Origin: Acidimicrobiia bacterium
Lineage (GTDB): Bacteria; Actinomycetota; Acidimicrobiia; Spongiisociales; ZC4RG35
DNA length: 64,000 nt
Direction: 5' to 3'
NCBI GenBank assembly: GCA_965203555.1
Contig: CBDBCY010000004.1
Coordinates: 2,272,001-2,336,000, forward strand
Made by a program: the position numbers and the translations under genes. The notes beneath the pieces are model-generated. The model was not told the DNA's origin, made no database searches, and was given only the letters and a program-made list of their open reading frames with translations. Shown here in pieces: positions 1 through 9,565 of this stretch (its first letter is position 1; every line of letters begins with the position of its first letter).

Positions 1-568
1 TGATGAGGGCGGTCAGGTAATAGGGACCCACATCCAGCATCGGGCCCCCCGCCGGTCCATAGAAGAACGCCGGGCTTGGGTGAAAATGCTCCACTCCGTT
101 GGACAAGAAGAAAGTGCCCATCCCCACCGGGGACCCGATCCAGCCGTCGTCGAGCAGTTTGCGGGAAGTCTGGAGGCCGCTGCCCAGGAAGGTGTCCGGG
201 GCGCATGCCAGCCTGACGTCATTGTGGGCAGCCAAGTCGAGAAGATGCCTCGCCTGTTCCCGAGTCGGCGCCAGGGGCTTCTCCGAGAACACATGCTTTC
301 CCGCTTCCAGAGCAGTCTGGGAGATTCCATAGTGCACTAGGGGTGGGGTGATATTGAGAACGATTTCGACCAGTGGGTCGCTCAGCAATTCTTCCAAGGT
401 CCGATAAATCCGCGGGACACCGAAAGCCGCTGCCCGTTGGCGGGATTGGTTCTGGTCGACGTCGAAGCATCCCACCACCTCGATGGACGGCAGTGTCTTG
501 AATCCCTCCAGGTACTGGAGGCTGACATGGCCGCAGCCCACGATCCCAACCCCGACCCTGCGAATCAT
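1..568 (-). CDS. Gfo/Idh/MocA family oxidoreductase (3' end runs off the window)
   Basis: Not in the ORF track; translated by hand from ATG at 568 (ATGA overlap with the upstream stop): MIRRVGVGIVGCGHVS (Rossmann start) ... EHFHPSPAFFYGPAGGPMLDVGPYYLTALI. Confidence 0.8.
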   Translation of the reverse strand, partial: MIRRVGVGIVGCGHVSLQYLEGFKTLPSIEVVGCFDVDQNQSRQRAAAFGVPRIYRTLEELLSDPLVEIVLNITPPLVHYGISQTALEAGKHVFSEKPLAPTREQARHLLDLAAHNDVRLACAPDTFLGSGLQTSRKLLDDGWIGSPVGMGTFFLSNGVEHFHPSPAFFYGPAGGPMLDVGPYYLTALI

Positions 569-2784
569 CGACGGATCCCCTTTGCCCGGGCCAAGAAGTT
601 GTCGAGGACATTGCGGGTGACCTTTGCCACATTGCTGTTGCCGTCCTGGGTGGCGAGGAACGGGATCCAGTTCATCGAACCAACGGAGAAGACGCATCCG
701 CCCTTGGGCCGTTCGATCAGCACCATGTCGGCCCGCACATCCGGGTCTCGGGCCGAGCCGAAGAAGTTATTCGTTTGCATGATGTCCTCGATGGCGCGCT
801 GGAACTGTCCGTGGCGGCCTGAAGAAGTGGCCAGCAATTTAGTCTGGATCGGGGTACCCAATGCATAGTCCATTCGGTCAATTTCATCGCCTGCCGCTCC
901 CATCAATGCCCCGCCGAGTCCGCTGTCGAACCCACCGATTATCTCATCCTTCCCTATCCCTTCGAAGACGAAGGCGACGTTGTTGTCGAACGAGTCGGGA
1001 CATCGCCGATAGCCGGCGGAGGTGCCCCAACCCATGGCGGTGAATCCCACGCCCACCAGCCTTTGCGGAGCCGTGCCCCGGTGCCGCCAGAGTCCTCCGA
1101 CTCTGTCCTCGAAACTGAGCCATTCCTCCCCCACCTCCGACGTCCAGTCCCGTGATCCGGCAAAGCCGCGTCGCATTTCGATGACCCCCGGCATATCGGG
1201 ATGGGTGGCGGTTACCCAGAAGAGACCGTTTCCTCCCAGGTACATCAGGCGCCCCCCGCACTCCAGCCAGTCTTCCACTGCTGCCATCCAATTGGGAGAT
1301 ACGTATTCAGGGTGACTTCCGGTGATCACCACCGAGTAGGAGGAGAGTAGATCGACTCCGTATGTATCCAGGTCCTCATCGGTAATCACATCGAATCGGT
1401 GGCCCTCGGATCGCAGCCACCGGAGAAGAGTGATGTCGGTGGAGAAGTGGCGAGGACCTCTGGTCCCCCACCAGTGGTATTCCGATGCGAAGGTTACGAT
1501 GGGGCGGTTGCGGGTGGCGTAGCAGATGCCACTGGCATCAGCGTGCAGGTTGTAGACCGAGGCGCCCAGATCAGGGCGTTCGGCCAGAAAGCTGTCGAAG
1601 GGATTCGACTCGTCGTAGGGGTGCATACCCACATCGGCGTGTGCTTCCTCGATGGCCACCGAGTCGGGATTGGGGTCCGGCCGGAGGTTCCCGTAGGCCA
1701 GATATGTGAAGGTGGGCATCAATACGGCTATATCAGGCTTGTCAGTTCTGCTGTGGACAAAGAACGGCAGTTCTGCCGAAGTCCCCCTGCTTTCGATCTG
1801 CATGGCATAGGCGCCGGGTTCCAGGTCCCGGGGAAGAGCGACGACCGCCGATACGTCCCAGTTCTTATCACCCACGTCATCACTATGGAAGTGGATGGCG
1901 TTTCGATGCACCGCCTGCTCCGTTAGTGACTGACGCCAGCTCCAGGAGTGGCCTTTCATCCGCAGGGCGGGAAGGTTGACGGTCCGACCGTGGCGATCCC
2001 CCGGACCGCGGTCGGGTACCCGGGTGGTGGCCTGCATCCGGGCGAAATCCCAGCATCCGATCACAGCAGCGCCTGGGACGTTGGCATGGCGTCCGCCCTC
2101 GTCCGGGGATCCTTCCACCCAGGACCGGTAGATAGCAGGCTGTTCGATCTTGCCGTCGTAGCAGCGGTCTACGGAAAAAGTACCGGCCGTGTCCTGGCCT
2201 CCAACCGCAGCTATGGTGATAGGACCATCAATGACAAGCGGCGTATTCTCCGGGGCTTGGTGGACAACCGCGGTTTCTTCCGAAGACTGCCGGCCGAGTT
2301 CTTCGACCTCGATAGCCTGTCGCCCGGTGGCCGTGTCGAATCCGGCGAAGATCCGATACCAGATCCTTTCCGAAAGAGCTACTTCGGAAACGACTTTCCA
2401 TCGGCGCCGGGCCCAGGATAGGTTGAAACAGGGACGGCCGGCTACATCAAGCGCCAGGGTCACGCCCTCGTTGGTGTTTGAGTCCCGCCAGTTCACCAGT
2501 GTCTGCTCTTCGCCGCGCCGGGGAAGGGTGGGCCAAACCCAAAGCCGCACGCTCACCTGTGTCAGGTGTTCAGGACCGGCGGCGGGGACGAAAACCATGG
2601 ATCCGACGGGTGACGGCGGCTGGCTTCCCGGGATCTGATCCTGACCGATTGACGGTACTCCTTCTCCTGGTGAATCGAGGGATATCAGATTGAAGGAGAA
2701 CGGATGAGCCTCGGTGTCGAGATGCATGCGAACCTCGTCACCGGGCATGTAGGACCATTGGTCAAGATACCCGCAAACCGCCAC
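565..2784 (-). CDS. N,N-dimethylformamidase beta (large) subunit family protein with N-terminal LamG-like region
   Basis: 739 aa; motifs AIHFHSDD, PTFTYLAYGN, SVYNLHADASG, GSHPEY, LMYLGGNG and RADMV characteristic of the DMFase large-subunit family. Confidence 0.8.
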   Translation of the reverse strand: MAVCGYLDQWSYMPGDEVRMHLDTEAHPFSFNLISLDSPGEGVPSIGQDQIPGSQPPSPVGSMVFVPAAGPEHLTQVSVRLWVWPTLPRRGEEQTLVNWRDSNTNEGVTLALDVAGRPCFNLSWARRRWKVVSEVALSERIWYRIFAGFDTATGRQAIEVEELGRQSSEETAVVHQAPENTPLVIDGPITIAAVGGQDTAGTFSVDRCYDGKIEQPAIYRSWVEGSPDEGGRHANVPGAAVIGCWDFARMQATTRVPDRGPGDRHGRTVNLPALRMKGHSWSWRQSLTEQAVHRNAIHFHSDDVGDKNWDVSAVVALPRDLEPGAYAMQIESRGTSAELPFFVHSRTDKPDIAVLMPTFTYLAYGNLRPDPNPDSVAIEEAHADVGMHPYDESNPFDSFLAERPDLGASVYNLHADASGICYATRNRPIVTFASEYHWWGTRGPRHFSTDITLLRWLRSEGHRFDVITDEDLDTYGVDLLSSYSVVITGSHPEYVSPNWMAAVEDWLECGGRLMYLGGNGLFWVTATHPDMPGVIEMRRGFAGSRDWTSEVGEEWLSFEDRVGGLWRHRGTAPQRLVGVGFTAMGWGTSAGYRRCPDSFDNNVAFVFEGIGKDEIIGGFDSGLGGALMGAAGDEIDRMDYALGTPIQTKLLATSSGRHGQFQRAIEDIMQTNNFFGSARDPDVRADMVLIERPKGGCVFSVGSMNWIPFLATQDGNSNVAKVTRNVLDNFLARAKGIRR

Positions 2785-2845
2785 GGTCTTCTCTCCTTTC
2801 AGATCTGGTTCAACCGGCGGGCAAAGTGTTTACTTCCGGTCAGAA

Positions 2846-3856
2846 TCAGGGGCCACTGGGGTTGGCGCCTCCGCCTTCCTCCTCCTCTTCCAAGGCTTCC
2901 GCCAGCGCCGATCGGGTTACGGCTCTCTCCCTCCTTTCTTCGGAGAATTGGTTGAGGGCCACGGCGCCGATCAGGAGGGCGCCTATCACGACATTGGTCC
3001 ACGTCACTTCGAATCCGATGGCTATCAGGCCTGATCGGATCGAGCCGATCAGGAATACGGCCAACAGGACCCCCCCAATGGGCGCCACCCCCCCGGTGAA
3101 CAGCACACCACCCAACAGGACAGCTGTCAACACCTGCAATTCATAACCGATGCCGGCGGTGGGAGCGGCGGTCCCGAATCGGCTGGCGCTCAACGTGGAG
3201 GCCAGGCCCACCAGGATGCCGTTGACGATGAACACGCCGATCACATACTTTCGGATCGGAATTCCCACTGACGCGGCCGCCCTGACGTTGGAGCCCACTG
3301 CCAGCAAACGACGGCCGATGTCAATCCGGTTTGCAAAGGCGAAGGCCAGCAAAGCCAGACCGATGAAAATCAGGACGTTGACCGGAATGGCGAAGAACTG
3401 ACCCCGACCCACCGTCCGGAATTCCTGTGGAACCCCTGCCACCGTTCTGCCTCTGGTGATCAGTATGACCACCCCGGCATACAGAGTCAGGGCGCCCAGG
3501 GTCACGACGATGGGAGACACCGCCAAACGGTGGACCATCACACCATTGATCCCGCCCAGGACGGCCCCCATCAGTGGTCCCAGCAAGAGCGCCAACGGCC
3601 AAGGCACACCGGCGGCGGCCGCCATGGATGCCACCACCCCGCATAGGGAAAACATCGAGCCGATCGAGATATCGATATTGCCCGAGGCCACCACGAAGGC
3701 GGATCCCAACGCTCCGATGCCCAATGACACCAATTGAATTGCTAGCACCCGGATGTTGGAAGGGGTTAGATAGTGGCTGGCCTGTAACTGCACGACGGTG
3801 ACCACAATGATCAACCCCAGCGCGAGCGCGCTACTCCGACCTACCCTGGTAGGCAC
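2846..3856 (-). CDS. Sugar ABC transporter permease (RbsC/BPD_transp_2 family)
   Basis: Hydrophobic; GNIDISIGS, GRRLLAVGSN, YELQVLTAVLLGG motifs. Confidence 0.9.
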   Translation of the reverse strand: MPTRVGRSSALALGLIIVVTVVQLQASHYLTPSNIRVLAIQLVSLGIGALGSAFVVASGNIDISIGSMFSLCGVVASMAAAAGVPWPLALLLGPLMGAVLGGINGVMVHRLAVSPIVVTLGALTLYAGVVILITRGRTVAGVPQEFRTVGRGQFFAIPVNVLIFIGLALLAFAFANRIDIGRRLLAVGSNVRAAASVGIPIRKYVIGVFIVNGILVGLASTLSASRFGTAAPTAGIGYELQVLTAVLLGGVLFTGGVAPIGGVLLAVFLIGSIRSGLIAIGFEVTWTNVVIGALLIGAVALNQFSEERRERAVTRSALAEALEEEEEGGGANPSGP

Positions 3857-3863
3857 AGTTCCC

Positions 3864-4631
3864 TCATTCTTTATGACCCATCATGGCGGCCAGAAGTTTA
3901 TCTCTGCGAATGGCGCTGGCCGGTTCATCGAGCGTGATCCTTCCCTGGAACATGGTTACCAGGCGATCACTGACGTTGAGAACGTGATCGAGGTTGTGGG
4001 AGATGATCACCACCCCGATCCCGCGTTCGACCATCCGCCTGATGCTCTTCAGAATGGTGTTCGCCTGACGGATTCCCAGTGCCGCGGTCGGTTCGTCCAT
4101 CAGCACCAGGCGGGGGTCTCCCCGCAGAGACCGGGCAATGGCAATGGCCTGCCGCTGCCCGCCGGAAAGCCGTTCGACCTTGGTTGCGCTGTGCGGTACG
4201 GATGCGCCCATACTTGCCAAGAGGTCCTTGGTTTCATTGCGGATCCGGCGACGATCCATCCAACCGATCGGCCCGAAACGCCACTTGGGTGTTTCGGCGT
4301 TTAGGAAGACGTTGCCAGGGACATCCAGTTCATCGCACAGATCCAGGTTCTGGGCGACCGTGGCGATTCCGACTCGGCGAGCATTACGAACCGACCACTC
4401 TTTCACTCGGTCGCCATGCACGCGGATCTCACCGATGTCGGGCGCCAACTCTCCGTTCATGACCCGCAGCAGCGTGGTCTTTCCCGCTCCGTTGTCTCCT
4501 ACCAGCCCTAAGCATTCGCCGGCTCTCAACGAGAGGCTCACCCCGTGGAGTGCCCGTACTCGCTCGTAGAATTTTGATATACCGGAGACACTGATGATGG
4601 TGGACCCGCTGTCTGCCGAATCCACCATCAT
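3864..4631 (-). CDS. Sugar ABC transporter ATP-binding protein
   Basis: Walker A GDNGAGKTT, signature LSGGQRQ, Walker B VLMDEPT, H-loop ISHN. Confidence 0.92.
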   Translation of the reverse strand: MMVDSADSGSTIISVSGISKFYERVRALHGVSLSLRAGECLGLVGDNGAGKTTLLRVMNGELAPDIGEIRVHGDRVKEWSVRNARRVGIATVAQNLDLCDELDVPGNVFLNAETPKWRFGPIGWMDRRRIRNETKDLLASMGASVPHSATKVERLSGGQRQAIAIARSLRGDPRLVLMDEPTAALGIRQANTILKSIRRMVERGIGVVIISHNLDHVLNVSDRLVTMFQGRITLDEPASAIRRDKLLAAMMGHKE

Positions 4632-4659
4632 CGTAAGCTATCCAGTCCTTTCGGGTTCT

Positions 4660-6771
4660 CTAATTACTCGGGGTGGTTTGGGGTTCGTCCCGGTATTCGA
4701 TCACACTGTCGATCAGATCCTCAACATACTGGGGGTACTCGCCGGAACTGTCCAGATCCTGGAGCAGCTGTTGGATGTCTGCCAGGTTGTTGGGGTCCAC
4801 CACTTGGCCGAGCATGTACACGGTGGGTGGTCTGGTCTCGCCTCTGGCGCAAGCTAGGGCATCCCGGAACATCTGGATCGAGGCCAGGTTGTTCTTGGAG
4901 TACATGTAAGCAGCCTGCAGTGGGGTGTCGCCTCGGGCCAGCACCTCGAGGCCGGCTTCGGAGACGTTGGTCACCGCTAGGAACACCTGTTCGGGATCGT
5001 CCAGGCCCTGTTCCGCCAGGGCCGCCAGTCCGGCCACTCCCGAGTCGATCTCTGGAGCGAACCAGATCCGGGCGTCAGGGTTGGCGGCTGCCATGTTGGC
5101 GAAGGCGGCGGCAATCGCCTCAGGACCCATCGCCTGAGCCTCGGCCACCACCTCGGCGCCGGGGACGACACTCTTCACGCCGTCGACAAAGCCGTTGCTC
5201 CGGGCCAGGATTGGCGGGTTGTCAGGACGTGCGATCAAGGCGATCTTGGGCGAGTCGTAACCGCGGGCGGCTGCCCACTCGCCAGCGTGAACACCTACCC
5301 CGTAGCCGCCCTGGTAGTTGTCCTCGTTCCAGTTCTGCGCTCCGGTCAGAGGAGTCTGGGACTCGTTGAGCACGCAAACGCCTCTCGATGCCGCTTCCAC
5401 CTGGAAGTCGAGGAAGGGCTCAGGGTTGATGTACTCCATGATGATCGCGTCAACGCCCGATTCCAGTAGGGCATAGGCGTCATCGAGCATCTGTACCTCA
5501 TTGACTTCCTTGGTGGGGGCGCTGTCCACTATCACCAGTTCGGCGCCCTGCCGGTCCGCCTCATGCTGGAAGTAGCGATACTGCTCCACATAGAACGGAT
5601 GGGTTGCGATGAGCGCCGGCACCCCAACCACAATCGGATCCTCGGGCCCGGGGGTGGTTTGGGGTTCGTCCCGGTATTCGATCACACTGTCGATCAGATC
5701 CTCAACATACTGGGGGTACTCGCCGGAACTGTCCAGATCCTGGAGCAGCTGTTGGATGTCTGCCAGGTTGTTGGGGTCCACCACTTGGCCGAGCATGTAC
5801 ACGGTGGGTGGTCTGGTCTCGCCTCTGGCGCAAGCTAGGGCATCCCGGAACATCTGGATCGAGGCCAGGTTGTTCTTGGAGTACATGTAAGCAGCCTGCA
5901 GTGGGGTGTCGCCTCGGGCCAGCACCTCGAGGCCGGCTTCGGAGACGTTGGTCACCGCTAGGAACACCTGTTCGGGATCGTCCAGGCCCTGTTCCGCCAG
6001 GGCCGCCAGTCCGGCCACTCCCGAGTCGATCTCTGGAGCGAACCAGATCCGGGCGTCAGGGTTGGCGGCTGCCATGTTGGCGAAGGCGGCGGCAATCGCC
6101 TCAGGACCCATCGCCTGAGCCTCGGCCACCACCTCGGCGCCGGGGACGACACTCTTCACGCCGTCGACAAAGCCGTTGCTCCGGGCCAGGATTGGCGGGT
6201 TGTCAGGACGTGCGATCAAGGCGATCTTGGGCGAGTCGTAACCGCGGGCGGCTGCCCACTCGCCAGCGTGAACACCTACCCCGTAGCCGCCCTGGTAGTT
6301 GTCCTCGTTCCAGTTCTGCGCTCCGGTCAGAGGAGTCTGGGACTCGTTGAGCACGCAAACGCCTCTCGATGCCGCTTCCACCTGGAAGTCGAGGAAGGGC
6401 TCAGGGTTGATGTACTCCATGATGATCGCGTCAACGCCCGATTCCAGTAGGGCATAGGCGTCATCGAGCATCTGTACCTCATTGACTTCCTTGGTGGGGG
6501 CGCTGTCCACTATCACCAGTTCGGCGCCCTGCCGGTCCGCCTCATGCTGGAAGTAGCGATACTGCTCCACATAGAACGGATGGGTTGCGATGAGCGCCGG
6601 CACCCCAACCACAATCGGATCCTCGGGTGCGTCAGTAGGCGCTGGCGCAGCAACCGCAGTGGTGGTGGTGGCTTCCTCTGCCTCACCGCAGGCTGCGGCC
6701 ACCAACCCCAGGACTAGGAGTCCCGTCAACAGGATATTGGTACGTAATCTCATGGGCAATTCTCCATTCAC
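4660..6771 (-). CDS. Sugar ABC substrate-binding lipoprotein made of two identical binding domains
   Basis: Lipobox LVAAAC, Thr/Ala/Pro linker, then PEDPIVVGVPALIATHPFY...DEPQTTP twice (RbsB-like). True start may be ATG 6753. Confidence 0.85.
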   Translation of the reverse strand: MNGELPMRLRTNILLTGLLVLGLVAAACGEAEEATTTTAVAAPAPTDAPEDPIVVGVPALIATHPFYVEQYRYFQHEADRQGAELVIVDSAPTKEVNEVQMLDDAYALLESGVDAIIMEYINPEPFLDFQVEAASRGVCVLNESQTPLTGAQNWNEDNYQGGYGVGVHAGEWAAARGYDSPKIALIARPDNPPILARSNGFVDGVKSVVPGAEVVAEAQAMGPEAIAAAFANMAAANPDARIWFAPEIDSGVAGLAALAEQGLDDPEQVFLAVTNVSEAGLEVLARGDTPLQAAYMYSKNNLASIQMFRDALACARGETRPPTVYMLGQVVDPNNLADIQQLLQDLDSSGEYPQYVEDLIDSVIEYRDEPQTTPGPEDPIVVGVPALIATHPFYVEQYRYFQHEADRQGAELVIVDSAPTKEVNEVQMLDDAYALLESGVDAIIMEYINPEPFLDFQVEAASRGVCVLNESQTPLTGAQNWNEDNYQGGYGVGVHAGEWAAARGYDSPKIALIARPDNPPILARSNGFVDGVKSVVPGAEVVAEAQAMGPEAIAAAFANMAAANPDARIWFAPEIDSGVAGLAALAEQGLDDPEQVFLAVTNVSEAGLEVLARGDTPLQAAYMYSKNNLASIQMFRDALACARGETRPPTVYMLGQVVDPNNLADIQQLLQDLDSSGEYPQYVEDLIDSVIEYRDEPQTTPSN
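4670..6627. repeat. Tandem direct repeat, 977 bp x2 (4670-5646 and 5651-6627), period 981 bp
   Basis: Boundaries read by eye; ORFs in other frames are also duplicated at an offset of 981 (e.g. 4827/5808, 5287/6268), consistent with nucleotide identity. Confidence 0.92.
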
Positions 6772-6948
6772 TCGGCTCTTACAAGTTCGGCGCTTCGGAC
6801 TCCCGTTGAGCGGGAGGTTACATCACTAAAACTCCGGTGAGACTCTCAAACAGCCATTTGTTTGGTGATGGGTTTTGGCTTTCACAGGAGCATTTGACCC
6901 CATCGATCTAAGATAAGTTGTCTAATCATCGCATCTAGGTGGTGGCCT

Positions 6949-8097
6949 TTGACTGGAATCGGAATGATCGGAATGGGTCTGATGGGATCCAAACACTGCC
7001 AGGCAATCCTGAGTGCCGCCACTCGTTTTGATGAATTGCGTTCTGATCCTCCCCGCCTGGTTGTTTGTGTGGATGAGTCCCTCGATCAGGTGGAAAGAGC
7101 CAGAGCTCTATACGGGTTCGAGCGGGGCGCCACTTCCTGGCAGGAGGTGATCGAGGCCGATGATGTGGACCTGGTGATGATCTGTTCCCCAAACGCCACC
7201 CACGCCCGGTTTGCTCAAGCCGCCGGCGAGGCGGGAAAGAATGTTTTCTGCGAGAAACCGGTGGGCCGCTCACCTGAGGAGACCCGTCGTATTGCTGAAT
7301 CGGCTTCCCGAAACGGTGTCCGGTCCATGGTGGGCTATGTCTATCGATGGGCGCCGATGGCGAGATATGCTCAACAGTTGGTGGCGGAGGGCGCGATCGG
7401 CGAGGTGACCCATTATCGAGGTCGTTTTCTAGTGGGATACGGCAAAGACCCGGCCACGCCCCTGTCCTGGCGGTTCGATGGAGACGCGGCGGGGTTCGGG
7501 GCGCTGGGCGACCTGATGTCTCATGTGCTGGACATGTCCCACTTCATCGCCGGAAAGGTCCATGAGGTGGTGGCCGACACGCACACCTTTATCAGGGAGC
7601 GCCCAGTACCCGACCGCTCGGATAGTCATGTATTCGGCGCTCAAGCCACTGCCACCAGGGGCCCCGTTACCAACGATGACTACGCGACAGCCCTGATCCG
7701 TCTGAGCAACGGCGGGCGAGGGTATCTGGAAGCCTGTCGGATAATCAACGGTCCCGTTTGCCGGATGGCTTTTGATGTGCACGGAACCGAGGGGGCCGTC
7801 TCATGGAATCTGGAGCGCATGAACGAACTGGTGGTCATGCATGATTCCCATCCCGATAGCGAGCGGACCATTCTGAGCGGCCCCCGCCACCCGGGACAGG
7901 CGGGTTTCTGGCCCGGTCCCGGGGTGGGCATCGGCTACGAGGACATAGTCAGTATCCAGGCCGCGGCTATGATCCGCCACATGGAGACCGGGGAGGGCTG
8001 GGTTCCCACCTTCGAAGACGCCCGATATGTTGCTAACGCACAGGAAGCGATAATGAACTCGTCGACCAGACGCGGATGGGAAAGGATCCCCGACTGA
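6949..8097 (+). CDS. Gfo/Idh/MocA oxidoreductase (inositol/sugar dehydrogenase-like)
   Basis: GMIGMGLMG, CEKP, GALGDLMSH motifs. Confidence 0.88.
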   Translation: MTGIGMIGMGLMGSKHCQAILSAATRFDELRSDPPRLVVCVDESLDQVERARALYGFERGATSWQEVIEADDVDLVMICSPNATHARFAQAAGEAGKNVFCEKPVGRSPEETRRIAESASRNGVRSMVGYVYRWAPMARYAQQLVAEGAIGEVTHYRGRFLVGYGKDPATPLSWRFDGDAAGFGALGDLMSHVLDMSHFIAGKVHEVVADTHTFIRERPVPDRSDSHVFGAQATATRGPVTNDDYATALIRLSNGGRGYLEACRIINGPVCRMAFDVHGTEGAVSWNLERMNELVVMHDSHPDSERTILSGPRHPGQAGFWPGPGVGIGYEDIVSIQAAAMIRHMETGEGWVPTFEDARYVANAQEAIMNSSTRRGWERIPD

Positions 8098-9167
8098 TTG
8101 TGGCTGCGGGGAACGAACCACTGCGCTGGGGTCTAATGAGCACGGCGCGAATCAACGACCGCATTGTCGAGGCGGTGGCCATGTCCGGGCGTTCGGTTGT
8201 CACCGCCATTGCCAGCCGGGACGAAGAACGGGCACGTACCTATGCACGGTCAATGGGGATTCCCCTTTCCTTTGGCAGCTATGACCGGATGCTTGCCTCC
8301 GACGAGGTGGATGTGGTGTACGTCTCCCTGCCCAACTGGCTGCATGTCCCTTGGGGAGTGAAAGCGGCAAGATCGGGTAAGCACGCACTGATCGAGAAGC
8401 CCATCGCTATTTATCCGGGTGAGGTTGAACGGCTGGTGCAGGCTGTCGAGGAGAATGAGGTGATCATCCAGGAAGCGTCGATGATGCGTTTCCACCCCCA
8501 GACCGCACTCCTTAGCCGGTTGGTATCGGAGGGAGTGATCGGAGTCCCCCGGTGGGCCCAGGGGACCTTCAGCTTCACTTTGCTGTACACCGATGACATC
8601 CGGCTCGATTCGAGGGGTGGAGGGTCGGTATGGGATCTGGGCTGCTATCCGGTCACCCTGTTCCAGGCCGTCTTGCAGAGACGACCCGTCGAGGTGGAGG
8701 GATTCATTAGAAGAGCGGGACAATCGGCGGACCTGACCTTTGCTGCCCAGATCCACTATGAAGGGGGAGTGATGGGACAATTCGTCACCAGCATGGAATC
8801 GCTGCCCTCCTGGTCGGGCGAGTTTGTCGGCTCCCGAGGCCGCATCCGTGTCTCATACCCCTGGCTCAGCCAGGTGGAACTCGCTTCCACGGTGGAGGTG
8901 GTCACCCATATGTCGGAGGTGGTCGGCCTTTCCAAGTCCGGGGACGACAACCGGGCGTTTGGTGACGAGGCTGATAATCAATCCACCAGCTATCACACCT
9001 TCGAAGGCACCAACGCCTATTTTGAAGAAGTAAAGGCCATGGAGAGAATGATTCTCGACGCCGAGCCGATGATTTTCCCGCTCCAGGAGAGCGCGGTGAA
9101 CATGGCCACCATCCGCGCTCTGATCGAGTCGGCGGACCGTCGAAAGGCGGTGACAGTAGATGAGTGA
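8076..9167 (+). CDS. Gfo/Idh/MocA oxidoreductase (xylose/dihydrodiol dehydrogenase-like)
   Basis: LRWGLMSTARIN, IEKP, GGGSVWDLGCY. Start may be GTG near 8100. Confidence 0.88.
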   Translation: MGKDPRLIVAAGNEPLRWGLMSTARINDRIVEAVAMSGRSVVTAIASRDEERARTYARSMGIPLSFGSYDRMLASDEVDVVYVSLPNWLHVPWGVKAARSGKHALIEKPIAIYPGEVERLVQAVEENEVIIQEASMMRFHPQTALLSRLVSEGVIGVPRWAQGTFSFTLLYTDDIRLDSRGGGSVWDLGCYPVTLFQAVLQRRPVEVEGFIRRAGQSADLTFAAQIHYEGGVMGQFVTSMESLPSWSGEFVGSRGRIRVSYPWLSQVELASTVEVVTHMSEVVGLSKSGDDNRAFGDEADNQSTSYHTFEGTNAYFEEVKAMERMILDAEPMIFPLQESAVNMATIRALIESADRRKAVTVDE

Positions 9168-9549
9168 CAACGGCCTGTTCGGGCACCTCACCAGGTTGCA
9201 GCATGTGAACATCCCGTCGACTGACCTGGCCAGATCCAGAGAGTTCTATCTGGAAAAGCTCGGCCTGCCCGAACTCCCCCGTCCGCCGTTCGAATCCCCT
9301 GGTGTCTGGGTTGGCGCCGGACCTGAGAACGCTATCCACATCAGCAAGGTTCCGGCCCTGGGGCCGAATCCCAACAATCACTTGGCCTTGGAGGTGGAGA
9401 ATTTGGATGATCTTGTGAAGGTTCTCACAGCTCGAGGAGTGGATTGTCGCCTTCCTCCGCATGTGGCCGCCGCCGGACGCCAGGCGTTTCTCAGCGATCC
9501 GGACGGCAACATGATCGAGTTGAACCAGCCGCCGGGCCAGACCGGGTAA
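9160..9549 (+). CDS. VOC/glyoxalase family protein
   Basis: LQHVNI..DLARSREFY, HLALEV, FLSDPDGNMIEL. Confidence 0.88.
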   Translation: MSDNGLFGHLTRLQHVNIPSTDLARSREFYLEKLGLPELPRPPFESPGVWVGAGPENAIHISKVPALGPNPNNHLALEVENLDDLVKVLTARGVDCRLPPHVAAAGRQAFLSDPDGNMIELNQPPGQTG

Positions 9550-9565
9550 CAGGGATCATCGGAGA

